Shown: piece after piece, positions 10,629 to 20,677 of the stretch | Numbering within the stretch: the stretch's first letter is position 1 | Layout: the number at the start of each line of letters is the position of its first letter | Assembly (NCBI GenBank): GCA_000175855.1 | Contig: ACYB01000019.1 | Coordinates: 54,084-86,083 of the forward strand | From: Raphidiopsis brookii D9 | GTDB taxonomy: Bacteria > Cyanobacteriota > Cyanobacteriia > Cyanobacteriales > Nostocaceae | DNA: 32,000 nt | Direction of reading: 5' to 3' | The notes under the pieces: model-generated | Told to the model about the DNA's origin: nothing | The model's input: only the letters and a program-made list of their open reading frames with translations | Database searches by the model: none | Position numbers and translations under genes: made by a program

Positions 10629-11624
10629 ATGACAACTAATCAATTAATATCATTACCCAGTATGGGATGTGGGACATGGTCTTGGGGGAATCAACTGCTT
10701 TGGGGATACAAACAAAGCATGGATGAGCAATTACAAGAAGTATTTAATCTTTGTGTAGATAATGGTGTCACCTTGTTTGATACAGGAGATTCCTATGGAA
10801 CGGGAAAACTGAACGGAAGAAGTGAACTACTTTTAGGAAAATTCACCAGAGAGTATGAGCATTCTGATCCACAGGGATTGAATCAACGTGATATTTGTAT
10901 TGCGACAAAATTAGCAGCTTATCCTTGGAGATGGACGAGAAAATCCATTATTTCTGCTTGTGATGCTTCTGCTAAAAGACTAGGTAAAAATGTTGATTTG
11001 GTTCAGATGCACTGGTCAACAGCTAATTATGCACCTTGGCAAGAATTAGGTTTATTGGATGGTTTGGCTGACTTATATGCACAGGGTTTGGTCAAAGGTG
11101 TGGGACTGTCTAATTACGGAACCAAAAGACTTTTATGGGTACACAAAAGATTTGCCCAAAGAGGTATACCTATAACAAGTCTACAGGTACAATATTCTTT
11201 GTTATCAACCTATCCAGTAACGGAATTGGGTTTAAAAGATGTTTGTGATAGCTTGGGGATTAAACTAATTGCCTATAGTCCCTTAGCATTAGGTTTACTT
11301 ACGGGTAAGTTCCGAGAAAACGGCCAATTGCCCAAAGGAATACGGGGAATTTTATTTCGACAAATGTTACCGGGTATTAAGGGACTTTTGGGAACTTTAG
11401 AAGAAATAGCAAATAGTCGGGGTAAAACTATGGGTCAGGTAGCTATTAATTGGTGCATCTGTAAGGGAACAATTCCTATTCCTGGTGCTAAAAATCGAGA
11501 GCAAGCACAACAAAACCTGGGAGCTTTGGGTTGGTTTTTAAATGATGGTGAGATAGCTGAATTAGATATTGCAGCTAGCAAGAGTAAGAAAAAAATGGTG
11601 CAGAACATTTTTCAAACTAATTGA
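10629..11624 (+). CDS. Aldo/keto reductase
   Basis: 'MGCGTWSWGNQLLWGY', 'LFDTGDSYGTGKLNGRSELLLGK', 'VDLVQMHW', 'GLSNYG', 'YSPLALGLLTGKF', 'IPIPGAKN'. Confidence 0.9.
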   Translation: MTTNQLISLPSMGCGTWSWGNQLLWGYKQSMDEQLQEVFNLCVDNGVTLFDTGDSYGTGKLNGRSELLLGKFTREYEHSDPQGLNQRDICIATKLAAYPWRWTRKSIISACDASAKRLGKNVDLVQMHWSTANYAPWQELGLLDGLADLYAQGLVKGVGLSNYGTKRLLWVHKRFAQRGIPITSLQVQYSLLSTYPVTELGLKDVCDSLGIKLIAYSPLALGLLTGKFRENGQLPKGIRGILFRQMLPGIKGLLGTLEEIANSRGKTMGQVAINWCICKGTIPIPGAKNREQAQQNLGALGWFLNDGEIAELDIAASKSKKKMVQNIFQTN

Positions 11625-12877
11625 CAAGGTGGTTCAAGGTGAAAATAATACCAGACAAAAATAATATAAATTTTGATCCTCATGGAAGCAACCCCTATTT
11701 GTGGAAGTTTTGGGGTGTTCTCCCTCTTTATCCCTATAATCAACGTCGCACTGTTCGTCAAGAGGTGGTTAAGGATACTATCTGGACCTTTGATCAAATC
11801 CAGGGAGTTTTTTATGTGGTTGTACCCATCCGCATGACGGTGATTAGATTGGCACAGGGTGGTTTATTAGTGTATGCACCTGTTGCTCCCACTCAGGAGT
11901 GCATTAAATTAGTAAATGAACTAGTGGCCTTGCATGGAGATGTGAAGTACATTATTTTGTCTACAGTCTCTGGACTTGAGCATAAGGTGTTTGTGGGACC
12001 GTTTGCTAGGGAATTTAGTCAAGCAAGGGTTTTTGTAGCTCCTGGACAGTGGAGTTTTCCCCTGAATTTACCTTTGAGTTGGTTAGGTTTACCAGGGAAC
12101 CGCACCCAAATATTACCTGAAGATCCTCATGAGACCCCTTTTAGTGATGAGTTTGATTATGCTATCCTTGGACCAATTAATTTGGGACTAGGCAAATTTG
12201 GGGAAGTGGCTCTCTTACATAAGCAGTCCCGCACCTTAATGGTTACGGACACAATAGTTTCCGTTTCTGTGGATTCACCAGCAATAATTCAATTGGATCC
12301 ATTCCCCTTACTCTACCATGCTCAGGAAAAAAGTGGTGATACTGTTCCTGATAACTTACAAAACCGACGGAAAGGATGGCGAAGAATTACTCTCTTTGCC
12401 TTTTATTTCCGTCCCAGTGCAGTGGATGTACCTCCATGGAAGGATATATGGCAAGATGCCAAAAATGTGTCCCAGCGCAATTTGAGAAATTATTTTGGTT
12501 TTTTCCCCTTTCACTGGAAACCAGACTGGGAAGAATCTTATGAGTTGCTAACCAGGGGGGGAGAAATTTTTGTTGCTCCTGTTTTGCGAACCCTGATTTT
12601 AAACCGAGCTCCCCAGGTAACTATAAATTGGGCAGATCGGGTAGCAAAATGGGATTTTGCATGGGTTATTCCCTGTCATTTTGATGCACCTATTTCTGTT
12701 ACTCCCCAACAATTTAGAAGAGCTTTTAGCTTTTTGGAAAAAGGTTCCACAGACTATTTACCTCACAATACTAAGGTGGAGGAGGATTTACAGGTTTTGA
12801 GGGATATTGACCAGGGATTAAATAATTGGAACATCGTTCCACCCGCTCTCCCTAACCCGAATTCCAGGGTTCGGTAA
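11621..12877 (+). CDS. DUF4336-domain protein
   Basis: 418-aa ORF with 'VYAPVAPTQECIKLVNELVALHGDVKYIILSTVSGLEHKVFVGPFAREFSQARVFVAPGQWSFP'; overlaps the preceding gene by 4 nt. Confidence 0.72.
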   Translation: MTRWFKVKIIPDKNNINFDPHGSNPYLWKFWGVLPLYPYNQRRTVRQEVVKDTIWTFDQIQGVFYVVVPIRMTVIRLAQGGLLVYAPVAPTQECIKLVNELVALHGDVKYIILSTVSGLEHKVFVGPFAREFSQARVFVAPGQWSFPLNLPLSWLGLPGNRTQILPEDPHETPFSDEFDYAILGPINLGLGKFGEVALLHKQSRTLMVTDTIVSVSVDSPAIIQLDPFPLLYHAQEKSGDTVPDNLQNRRKGWRRITLFAFYFRPSAVDVPPWKDIWQDAKNVSQRNLRNYFGFFPFHWKPDWEESYELLTRGGEIFVAPVLRTLILNRAPQVTINWADRVAKWDFAWVIPCHFDAPISVTPQQFRRAFSFLEKGSTDYLPHNTKVEEDLQVLRDIDQGLNNWNIVPPALPNPNSRVR

Positions 12878-12885
12878 ACCGAACC
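12868..12885. terminator. Small palindrome at the end of the DUF4336 gene, between convergent genes; candidate terminator
   Basis: GGTTCGGT-AA-ACCGAACC; overlaps the stop codon at 12875-12877; no long T-tract. Confidence 0.4.
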
Positions 12886-12900
12886 TTATATTCTACTATT

Positions 12901-13212
12901 CTACCGAAAATCCTCATCCACAAAAAAGTCCCCTTCCTCATCAGCGGAATTCCCAGATCCCCCCATGTTGCCCAACAATTGCCCAAATGATACGGTAATT
13001 AAACCCACCACTACCCAAAAGGCTAACATTAACCCAAAGGGAACTTGTATAGATTGAAAAACTAAAAATCGTAGGGATATTGATGCGGTATTTTGTACGG
13101 AAATTAACGCGATCGCTAGAATCCAAGTAGCTAGAACTACTGATATAAATAGTGTAAATAAACTGGGGAGGTTTTTCATGGTTGAGGAATTAAAAAGGAG
13201 TTGGGGGGTCAT
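12901..13212 (-). CDS. LapA/DUF1049-like two-TM membrane protein
   Basis: 'LATWILAIALISVQNTASISLRFLVFQSIQVPFGLMLAFWVVVGLITVSFGQ'. Confidence 0.7.
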   Translation of the reverse strand: MTPQLLFNSSTMKNLPSLFTLFISVVLATWILAIALISVQNTASISLRFLVFQSIQVPFGLMLAFWVVVGLITVSFGQLLGNMGGSGNSADEEGDFFVDEDFR

Positions 13213-13236
13213 CGCTGGTGACCCAATCCCTATTGA

Positions 13237-14664
13237 CTATGCTAACTGAGCAATTTCTGCTTCCATGGTTTTAGCAATCTCACCCAGTTTTTCTGGGGAG
13301 TTAGTTTCTATATAAACTCTGACCAGGGGTTCTGTACCTGATGGACGCAATAGGATCCAACTACCCTCTGCTAAATACAGTTTAATTCCATCCTTTCTAC
13401 CTACTTCCTTAACCCTAATACCAGCTACTTGGGAAGGGGGATTTTGGGTGTAGGATTGAATGACAGCATTTTTGTGAGCTTCCGTTAGGTGTAGGTCTAA
13501 ACGGTTGTTGTATAGCGGTCCATCTGCTTCTGCTATAGCTTCCTGAACTAATTGACTTAATGGTTTACCCTCGTATGCTATAGCTTCTGCTACTAACATA
13601 TCAGCTAATACACCATCCTTTTCCGGAATATGCCCAATCACACTTAAACCACCGGACTCTTCACCTCCAATTAACACGGTGGTTTCCCGCATTTTTTCGC
13701 CTATGTACTTAAAACCCACAGCAGTTTCATAAATTGGCAGACCATATTTGGCTGCAAAATTATCTAATAGGTGGGTAGTCGCTACGGTTCGGACTATGGC
13801 ACCACTTTTACCTTTATTTTTGATTAAATGTCTGGCTAAAACCAATAATACTGTATTAGGGGTCAGCACATTACCCAGCTCATCTACAATTCCAAAGCGA
13901 TCGCTATCACCATCCGTTGCTAAACCTAAATCAGCTTTGTCGTTTTTAACAGCTGTCACCAGTTCTACCAGTTGGTCACCCTTAGGTTCTGGCATACCCC
14001 CGCCAAATAACACATCCCTCCAGGTGTGGAAACTTTCCAGTTGGGTTCCACAATACTGCAATACCTCATCTAAATAACCCCGGGATGTGGAATACAGGGC
14101 ATCATATTTAACCTTTAAATTGGCACTCCTAATTTTTCTTACGTCCAGTAATTTGTAGATGAAATCAAGGTAATCAGGTTTAGGATCAAAGGTGGAAACT
14201 GTACCTGATGGATTAGATCCTGGTAATTCTTCTGATGCTGTCTCTATATTAGCGACAATCGTATCCGTAATTTCTGGGGTAGCTGGACCTGCATAATCTG
14301 GTATGTATTTAATCCCACAATAGGGAGCTGGATTATGACTAGCGGTAAACATCAAAGCACCTGCGGAATTCAGGTGTTTTGCATTGTAAGCTATGACTGG
14401 TGTTGGACAGTCTCGAACAGTAATTTTCACATTCCAACCTAAGTCAGCCAAGACTGCTCCAGAGGTTCTGGCAAACTCGTCAGCGAGAAATCTTGTGTCG
14501 TAGGCGATTAAAACAGGTCTACTCTTATCGTAGGCAGTTTCTAGATAGGCTGCTATTGCTCTAGTTACTTTTCTAACATTAGAAAAGGTAAAATCATCGG
14601 CAATAATTCCCCGCCATCCGTCTGTACCAAATTTGATTTTACCAGAATTGCTAGGGTTACTCAT
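13237..14664 (-). CDS. Phosphoglucomutase/phosphomannomutase family protein
   Basis: 'IKFGTDGWRGIIADDFTF', 'GALMFTASHNPAPYCGIKY', 'GLATDGDSDRFGIVDE', 'IGGEESGGLSV', 'WILLRPSGTEPLVRVY'. Confidence 0.95.
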   Translation of the reverse strand: MSNPSNSGKIKFGTDGWRGIIADDFTFSNVRKVTRAIAAYLETAYDKSRPVLIAYDTRFLADEFARTSGAVLADLGWNVKITVRDCPTPVIAYNAKHLNSAGALMFTASHNPAPYCGIKYIPDYAGPATPEITDTIVANIETASEELPGSNPSGTVSTFDPKPDYLDFIYKLLDVRKIRSANLKVKYDALYSTSRGYLDEVLQYCGTQLESFHTWRDVLFGGGMPEPKGDQLVELVTAVKNDKADLGLATDGDSDRFGIVDELGNVLTPNTVLLVLARHLIKNKGKSGAIVRTVATTHLLDNFAAKYGLPIYETAVGFKYIGEKMRETTVLIGGEESGGLSVIGHIPEKDGVLADMLVAEAIAYEGKPLSQLVQEAIAEADGPLYNNRLDLHLTEAHKNAVIQSYTQNPPSQVAGIRVKEVGRKDGIKLYLAEGSWILLRPSGTEPLVRVYIETNSPEKLGEIAKTMEAEIAQLA

Positions 14665-14766
14665 TTTGCTACTCTCTCTTGTAGATTATGATTGCTCTAC
14701 TGTTCTTGATTATTCCAGATGTTGATCAAACCATTCCACTGGGACTGATATTTTCTTCCCGGTCGC

Positions 14767-16446
14767 TCACAAGAATTCTATGGGTGGTAATTCGTTGAGG
14801 ATGGTAAACCGAATGTGGTTAATGGCTAATTCCCCAATGGATAACTCTTCCTTGGTTAATCTTTGACCATTACTGCTTATGGTTTCAAAGGAAACCCCTT
14901 TACCAATTTCAATGTGGTACCAACACAGACCCATAAAAAATCTGGTGGGGTAGGGACCATAATCTCCAATGTCGTCCGGATTGGATTCCATAGGTAACCA
15001 ACCAAAATTGGGAATGTAAAACTCTAACCACACATGATTAAAGTCCGGTTGCAGGGGAACGCCTTTTAATTCGGGGTACGGTGGACATTTATATCTACCT
15101 ACTGTGCGACAAGGAATGCCATTTAAACGACATAAAGCTAGTAATACACCCACGTATTCTCCACAGGAACCAACTCCTCGATCTAGCACTATATCAGGTG
15201 TGTCTATATGAGGCTTTATTCCATAAGACAGTTCATCATAAACGTAGTTGCGAATGCTATACATTTTGCGCAGCAGGTTGGTTTCTGAACCCACAGCTTC
15301 ATGAGCAGCACGCCGCACAATGACAGTATTCATTGCCAAATCGTCGTCATCTACTAAGTAGCGTGTTTGTAATTCCAAGGTTGGTTCTGGTATTTCTTCC
15401 GTATCTTTGGGAGTAATACGATACTTAATACCTCGTACTTCCAATAGTGCTTTCCACCCAAATATGTGCCTTTCGCCAGGAACAAGGGTATCAAATTTGA
15501 ACACTGCAATCCTTTGTCCAGAAATTACCTCCTCGGTAAAGGGTAAACCAATGGGATCCACCTGTTTGACCTTTTGGCGCTCAGTCTCCGATGGAAGGGC
15601 AATACGCCATTCAATATCGGTTAAGTAAACTTCTTCTAGAGGAGCAATTTCTTCAACGTATGACATTTCCACTAAATAACCATTAGATAGTCCATATCGT
15701 TTATCTGGATCATAATGGTATTGCAGTGGATGAATAAAGGTTACATCCCGATAGGTTAACTCGTGATTAGGATCAGCATTAGGATTGTCACGAATGTAAG
15801 GCTCCTCCAAAGAGTAGGAGACGTATAGGGTATCTTTATTTGTGTGGTCTTGATGGTATATGGCAATACCGGTTGGGGAGGCAAAGGGAGTAAGGACACT
15901 AAAACGAACTTCTCCAGTAGCCCTATCCATTGAGTAGACAGTTTGTTCTATTTTATCGCAGATCCAAAGGGTTTCCTGACTGACTGCTAAATTTTGTTGA
16001 CCTACTCCAGGGGCGTAGAACCGGGTAATTTCTTTACGTGTGTCTCTGTCAAAAATCAGGATATAACCCATTCTCTGACAGCTAATATAAACAGTGGCAT
16101 CCCAAACAGCAATACCATCAGCATTATATGGTAGAGTGGCAAAGTGTTCCAAACCCAGGGAGTTTAGTTTACATAAATAGACGCTATTACCACGGGTAAC
16201 CCAAAGGGTGTCTTCCCAGACTGCTAAACCAGTGACATCTGTAAATTCTTTTACCTGGTGAGGATTAAGAATTTTACTATTGTCGGAAACCGGGTCAATT
16301 TGGAGTAAATGTCCCTTGAGGGAGTCAATGGCAAGAAGTTGATCTTTAATAAAAGCGATACCATAGATGGTAGCAGCAGTCACTGGTCGAATTGTTTTTT
16401 GCCCAAACATCTGGCTAACATTGAAATTAGGGAGTATTAAACTCAT
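14767..16446 (-). CDS. Transglutaminase-like protein with N-terminal beta-propeller-like repeats
   Basis: 'GVGSCGEYVGVLLALCRLNGIPCRTVGRYK' + 'DFNHVWLEFYIPNFGWLPMESNPDD' give the Cys/His/Asp pattern; N-terminus has repeated 'I.V.D.TVYISC'-type blades. Confidence 0.8.
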   Translation of the reverse strand: MSLILPNFNVSQMFGQKTIRPVTAATIYGIAFIKDQLLAIDSLKGHLLQIDPVSDNSKILNPHQVKEFTDVTGLAVWEDTLWVTRGNSVYLCKLNSLGLEHFATLPYNADGIAVWDATVYISCQRMGYILIFDRDTRKEITRFYAPGVGQQNLAVSQETLWICDKIEQTVYSMDRATGEVRFSVLTPFASPTGIAIYHQDHTNKDTLYVSYSLEEPYIRDNPNADPNHELTYRDVTFIHPLQYHYDPDKRYGLSNGYLVEMSYVEEIAPLEEVYLTDIEWRIALPSETERQKVKQVDPIGLPFTEEVISGQRIAVFKFDTLVPGERHIFGWKALLEVRGIKYRITPKDTEEIPEPTLELQTRYLVDDDDLAMNTVIVRRAAHEAVGSETNLLRKMYSIRNYVYDELSYGIKPHIDTPDIVLDRGVGSCGEYVGVLLALCRLNGIPCRTVGRYKCPPYPELKGVPLQPDFNHVWLEFYIPNFGWLPMESNPDDIGDYGPYPTRFFMGLCWYHIEIGKGVSFETISSNGQRLTKEELSIGELAINHIRFTILNELPPIEFL

Positions 16447-16598
16447 ATTATTCCGTCATATTATTCATATTATTTTATTGGTGACCTCCACTGTTTACAG
16501 TAACTAGTCACCAATGGGGTATTTGATGGAATTTCTGCCATCACTCAATTATGATCGAATTTTGTAACCATTTCCCGTAACTTACACAAACTTACACA

Positions 16599-19460
16599 AT
16601 GTCTGCCCATTCTTTGCCTGAAGATGCCGCAGTTTGGCATAGTTTAGAGATAGATAAAGCTTTAGAGCTGCTTGACAGTAATGCTGATGATGGCTTAACA
16701 CCATCCCAAGTTGAAGAACGTTTACTCAAGTATGGTTCTAATGAACTGGAAGAACAGGGTGGACGTAGTCCCTGGCAAATTCTCCTCGACCAGTTCACTA
16801 ACATCATGTTGTTGATGCTGATTGGTGTGGCCTTCATTTCTGGTTTTTTGGACTTTTTAGCCCTACAACAGGGTACTTTAAAGTTAGGAGAAGTTCCTTT
16901 TAAAGATACAATTGCAATTATGGCAATTGTGATTCTTAATGGTGTACTTGGATATGTCCAAGAAAGCCGAGCAGAAAAAGCTTTAGCAGCTTTGAAAAAG
17001 CTATCATCTCCCTCAGTGCGTGTACTTCGCAATGGCAAATTAGCGGATATAGCAGGGAAAGATCTTGTACCCGGTGATGTGATGTTGCTGGAAGCAGGAG
17101 TGCAGGTAGCTGCTGATGGAAGGTTGCTGGAACAGTCCAATCTGCAACTCCGAGAGTCCGCATTGACCGGTGAAGCTGAAGCGGTAAGTAAACAAGCTAT
17201 ACTTACCTTGCCTAAGGATGTTGCATTGGGCGATCGCCTAAATTTAGTTTTTCAGGGGACAGAAGTAGTCCAAGGTCGTGCCAAGGTTGTGGTCACTAAT
17301 ACTGGGATGACAACAGAGCTCGGAAAAATAGCTGCTATGCTGCAATCAGTGGATAGTGAACCCACTCCTTTACAGCAGCGCATGACCCAATTGGGTAATG
17401 TATTGGTCAGCGGGTCTTTGGTATTAGTAGGGATTGTTGTCGTTGCTGGCATTATCCAAGCGCGTGGTTTTAGCAATATACAAGAACTGCTGGAAGTGTC
17501 TTTAAGTATGGCCGTGGCGGTAGTTCCAGAAGGGTTACCTGCGGTAATTACTGTAACTCTAGCTTTGGGTACTCAACGTATGGTGCGCCATAAGGCGTTA
17601 ATTCGCAAACTGCCAGCGGTGGAAACTCTTGGTTCGGTAACGACTATCTGTTCGGATAAAACTGGGACTTTAACCCAAAATAAAATGGTCGTCCAGTCAG
17701 TTTATACTAATCAAAGGAGTTTTCGCGTCACGGGGGAGGGTTATGCTCCTGTAGGTAATTTTCAATGGGAAGGGCAAAATATTGATTTGGAAGACCATCC
17801 AGAAATATCCGGTTTGTTGGTAGCTTGTGCTGTATGTAATGACTCCGTACTACAAAAAGAAGCTGGAGAATGGGCAATTTTGGGAGACCCCACTGAAGGA
17901 GCTTTAATGACCTTGGCGGGGAAAGCTCGTATTGAAAGAGATCAGTGGAATAGTAAATTACCCCGTGTTTCTGAGTTTCCCTTTTCTTCTGAACGCAAAC
18001 GCATGAGCGTGATCTCTCAAATACAGGAAGTGGCCACTGGCAATCCTGGCATTAGTGATGTTGACCCCATAATAGCTGGATTTGTCAGTTCAGAACCCTA
18101 TCTAATGTTCACTAAAGGTTCCCCGGAATTAACTTTAGCTCGCTGTCATCAAATTTACTTGGGTAATGGAAGTTTTCCCATAGAAGAGGAGCAACGTAGT
18201 GAAATTCTAGCTGCCAATGACCAAATGGCTTCCCAAGGTTTACGAGTTCTGGGTTTGGCCTATAAACCTTTAAGGGAAATTCCACCAGAAGCATCGGAAG
18301 ATACCTCAGAAAATGAGTTAGTGTGGTTAGGGTTGGTGGGTATGTTGGATGCACCCCGCCCAGAAGTGCGTGCAGCTGTCGCAGAATGTCGTCAAGCTGG
18401 AATTCGCCCTATTATGATTACTGGTGACCACCAGTTAACTGCACGGGCGATCGCTGTGGATTTGGGTATTGCTGATAAGGATGCTAGGGTGGTTACCGGT
18501 CAAGATTTACAACGGATGACTGACAAGGAAATAGAAGACCAGGTAGATTTAGTCAGCATTTACGCTAGAGTTTCCCCAGAACACAAATTGCGCATTGTTC
18601 AAGCATTACAAAGACGCGGTAGATTTGTCGCCATGACAGGTGATGGGGTTAATGATGCTCCTGCTCTTAAACAGGCTGATATTGGTATTGCAATGGGCAT
18701 TACTGGTACTGATGTCAGCAAAGAAGCCAGCGATATGGTGTTGTTAGATGATAACTTTGCCACCATAGTAGCAGCTACTAAAGAAGGTAGAGTGGTTTAT
18801 ACGAATATCAGGAGGTTTATTAAGTATATCCTGGGTAGTAATATCGGTGAGGTTCTCACCATTGCAGCAGCACCAATTTTGGGTTTGGGTGGTGTCCCCC
18901 TCACTCCTTTACAAATTCTGTGGATGAACCTGGTAACTGACGGTTTGCCAGCTCTAGCTTTAGCGGTGGAACCACCGGAACCAGATGTGATGCAACGTCC
19001 CCCCTTTAGTCCTCGTGAAAGTATTTTTGCTAGGGGTTTGGGAGCTTACATGGTTCGAATTGGTATTGTGTTTGCTGTTATCACCATTATTCTCATGGAA
19101 TGGGCTTATTTCCACGTTCGGTCCGCAACCGGAGAGGGGCTGAGTCCTGAACGTTGGAAAACTATGGTTTTCACCTCTTTATGTATCGCCCAAATGGGCC
19201 ATGCGATCGCCATTCGTTCTAATAACCAACTGACAATTGAAATGAATCCCCTATCCAATATATTTGTGTTGGGAGCTGTAATTGCAACAACTATTTTACA
19301 GTTGTTATTAATCTATGTTCCGCCTCTAAGGGATTTCTTTGGTACCCATTATTTACCTTTACATGAGTTGCTTATCTGTATAGGTTTTAGTGCCTTAATG
19401 TTTGTTTGGATCGAATGCGAAAAAATCTTCTTCCGGGTTATGGGTAAGAAGAATGTTTAA
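16599..19460 (+). CDS. P-type cation-transporting ATPase (Ca2+/SERCA-PMA1-like)
   Basis: '[16 protein letters not shown]', '[20 protein letters not shown]', '[22 protein letters not shown]'. Confidence 0.95.
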   Translation: MSAHSLPEDAAVWHSLEIDKALELLDSNADDGLTPSQVEERLLKYGSNELEEQGGRSPWQILLDQFTNIMLLMLIGVAFISGFLDFLALQQGTLKLGEVPFKDTIAIMAIVILNGVLGYVQESRAEKALAALKKLSSPSVRVLRNGKLADIAGKDLVPGDVMLLEAGVQVAADGRLLEQSNLQLRESALTGEAEAVSKQAILTLPKDVALGDRLNLVFQGTEVVQGRAKVVVTNTGMTTELGKIAAMLQSVDSEPTPLQQRMTQLGNVLVSGSLVLVGIVVVAGIIQARGFSNIQELLEVSLSMAVAVVPEGLPAVITVTLALGTQRMVRHKALIRKLPAVETLGSVTTICSDKTGTLTQNKMVVQSVYTNQRSFRVTGEGYAPVGNFQWEGQNIDLEDHPEISGLLVACAVCNDSVLQKEAGEWAILGDPTEGALMTLAGKARIERDQWNSKLPRVSEFPFSSERKRMSVISQIQEVATGNPGISDVDPIIAGFVSSEPYLMFTKGSPELTLARCHQIYLGNGSFPIEEEQRSEILAANDQMASQGLRVLGLAYKPLREIPPEASEDTSENELVWLGLVGMLDAPRPEVRAAVAECRQAGIRPIMITGDHQLTARAIAVDLGIADKDARVVTGQDLQRMTDKEIEDQVDLVSIYARVSPEHKLRIVQALQRRGRFVAMTGDGVNDAPALKQADIGIAMGITGTDVSKEASDMVLLDDNFATIVAATKEGRVVYTNIRRFIKYILGSNIGEVLTIAAAPILGLGGVPLTPLQILWMNLVTDGLPALALAVEPPEPDVMQRPPFSPRESIFARGLGAYMVRIGIVFAVITIILMEWAYFHVRSATGEGLSPERWKTMVFTSLCIAQMGHAIAIRSNNQLTIEMNPLSNIFVLGAVIATTILQLLLIYVPPLRDFFGTHYLPLHELLICIGFSALMFVWIECEKIFFRVMGKKNV

Positions 19461-19500
19461 TTAGTAGTCGGGGAAATGGGGGTAAATCTTATAGGTTAAA

Positions 19501-20616
19501 ATGTATTTACAATCTTTAGAGCTGCGCAACTTTCGCAATTACCAAGAACAAAAAGTTGAGTTTACAGCACCTAAAACTATCTTGGTTGGTAATAACGCTC
19601 AGGGAAAATCTAATTTATTGGAGTCAGTAGAATTACTAGCTACATTGCGATCGCATCGTTTAGGCAAAGATAGTGATTTTATTCAGGAAGGTCAAGACAT
19701 GGCGCGAATCAATGCCATATTAGACCGGACAACGGGAATTAGTAATTTAACCCTGAATTTGCGTCGGAATAGTCGTCGCACGGTGGCAATTAATGGTGAA
19801 ACAGTGCGTAGACAAATGGATTTTCTGGGCATTTTAAATGCTGTCGAATTTTCTAGTTTAGACTTAGAATTAGTTAGGGGTAGTCCCGCCATTCGTCGGA
19901 GTTGGCTAGACACTCTGTTAGTACAGTTGGAACCCGTCTATGCCCATATTTTGCATCAATATAACCAGGTTCTGCGTCAACGTAATGCGTTTTTAAAAAC
20001 CATTCAACAGAAGGGAATCAAAAATCATGATTCTGAATTAGCAATTTGGGATGCCCAGTTAGTTACTACGGGAACAAAAGTTATGAGAAGGCGAAATAGG
20101 GCAATTCAGAGACTTGGTCCCATTGCAACACATTGGCATTCTAGTATCAGTGGTAAAATGGAAAAACTAGAGATAAATTATATGCCCAATGTGCCAATAC
20201 TAATAGATGAACAACAGGAATTACTACAATTTTTTTTGGACAGAGTGCAAGAGCATTCTGCTATAGAATCATATCGAGGTACAACTTTAGTTGGACCTCA
20301 CCGAGACGAAATAGAATTAGTAGTTAATGGAACTCCCGCTCGTCAATATGCTTCCCAGGGTCAGCAGCGTACATTGGTTTTAGCCTTAAAACTGGCGGAA
20401 TTACAGTTAATTGAAGAAGTGGTTAATGACACTCCCTTATTATTATTAGATGATGTTTTAGCCGAATTGGATCTTTCACGCCAAAATCAACTATTGGATG
20501 CTATTCAAGACAGGTTTCAGACATTAATTACCACCACCCATTTAGGAGCATTCGATGCTCAATGGTTAAATTCCTCACAAATTCTTTTTGTCAAATGTGG
20601 GTCTATTTCCCAATAG
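19501..20616 (+). CDS. recF: DNA replication and repair protein RecF
   Basis: 'MYLQSLELRNFRNYQEQKVEF..TILVGNNAQGKSNLLESV', 'GPHRDEIEL', 'QGQQRTLVLALKLAEL', 'PLLLLDDVLAELDLSRQNQLL'. Confidence 0.95.
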   Translation: MYLQSLELRNFRNYQEQKVEFTAPKTILVGNNAQGKSNLLESVELLATLRSHRLGKDSDFIQEGQDMARINAILDRTTGISNLTLNLRRNSRRTVAINGETVRRQMDFLGILNAVEFSSLDLELVRGSPAIRRSWLDTLLVQLEPVYAHILHQYNQVLRQRNAFLKTIQQKGIKNHDSELAIWDAQLVTTGTKVMRRRNRAIQRLGPIATHWHSSISGKMEKLEINYMPNVPILIDEQQELLQFFLDRVQEHSAIESYRGTTLVGPHRDEIELVVNGTPARQYASQGQQRTLVLALKLAELQLIEEVVNDTPLLLLDDVLAELDLSRQNQLLDAIQDRFQTLITTTHLGAFDAQWLNSSQILFVKCGSISQ

Positions 20617-20677
20617 GAATTGGATAGGAATTCATAGTACACTCTTTGATGGTGAGGATGGTGACTTTAACAGTAAT

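Noticed and set aside
16592-17476. Minus-strand ORFs (182, 75 and 74 aa) under the P-type ATPase
   Set aside because: Antisense shadows of a well-supported gene.
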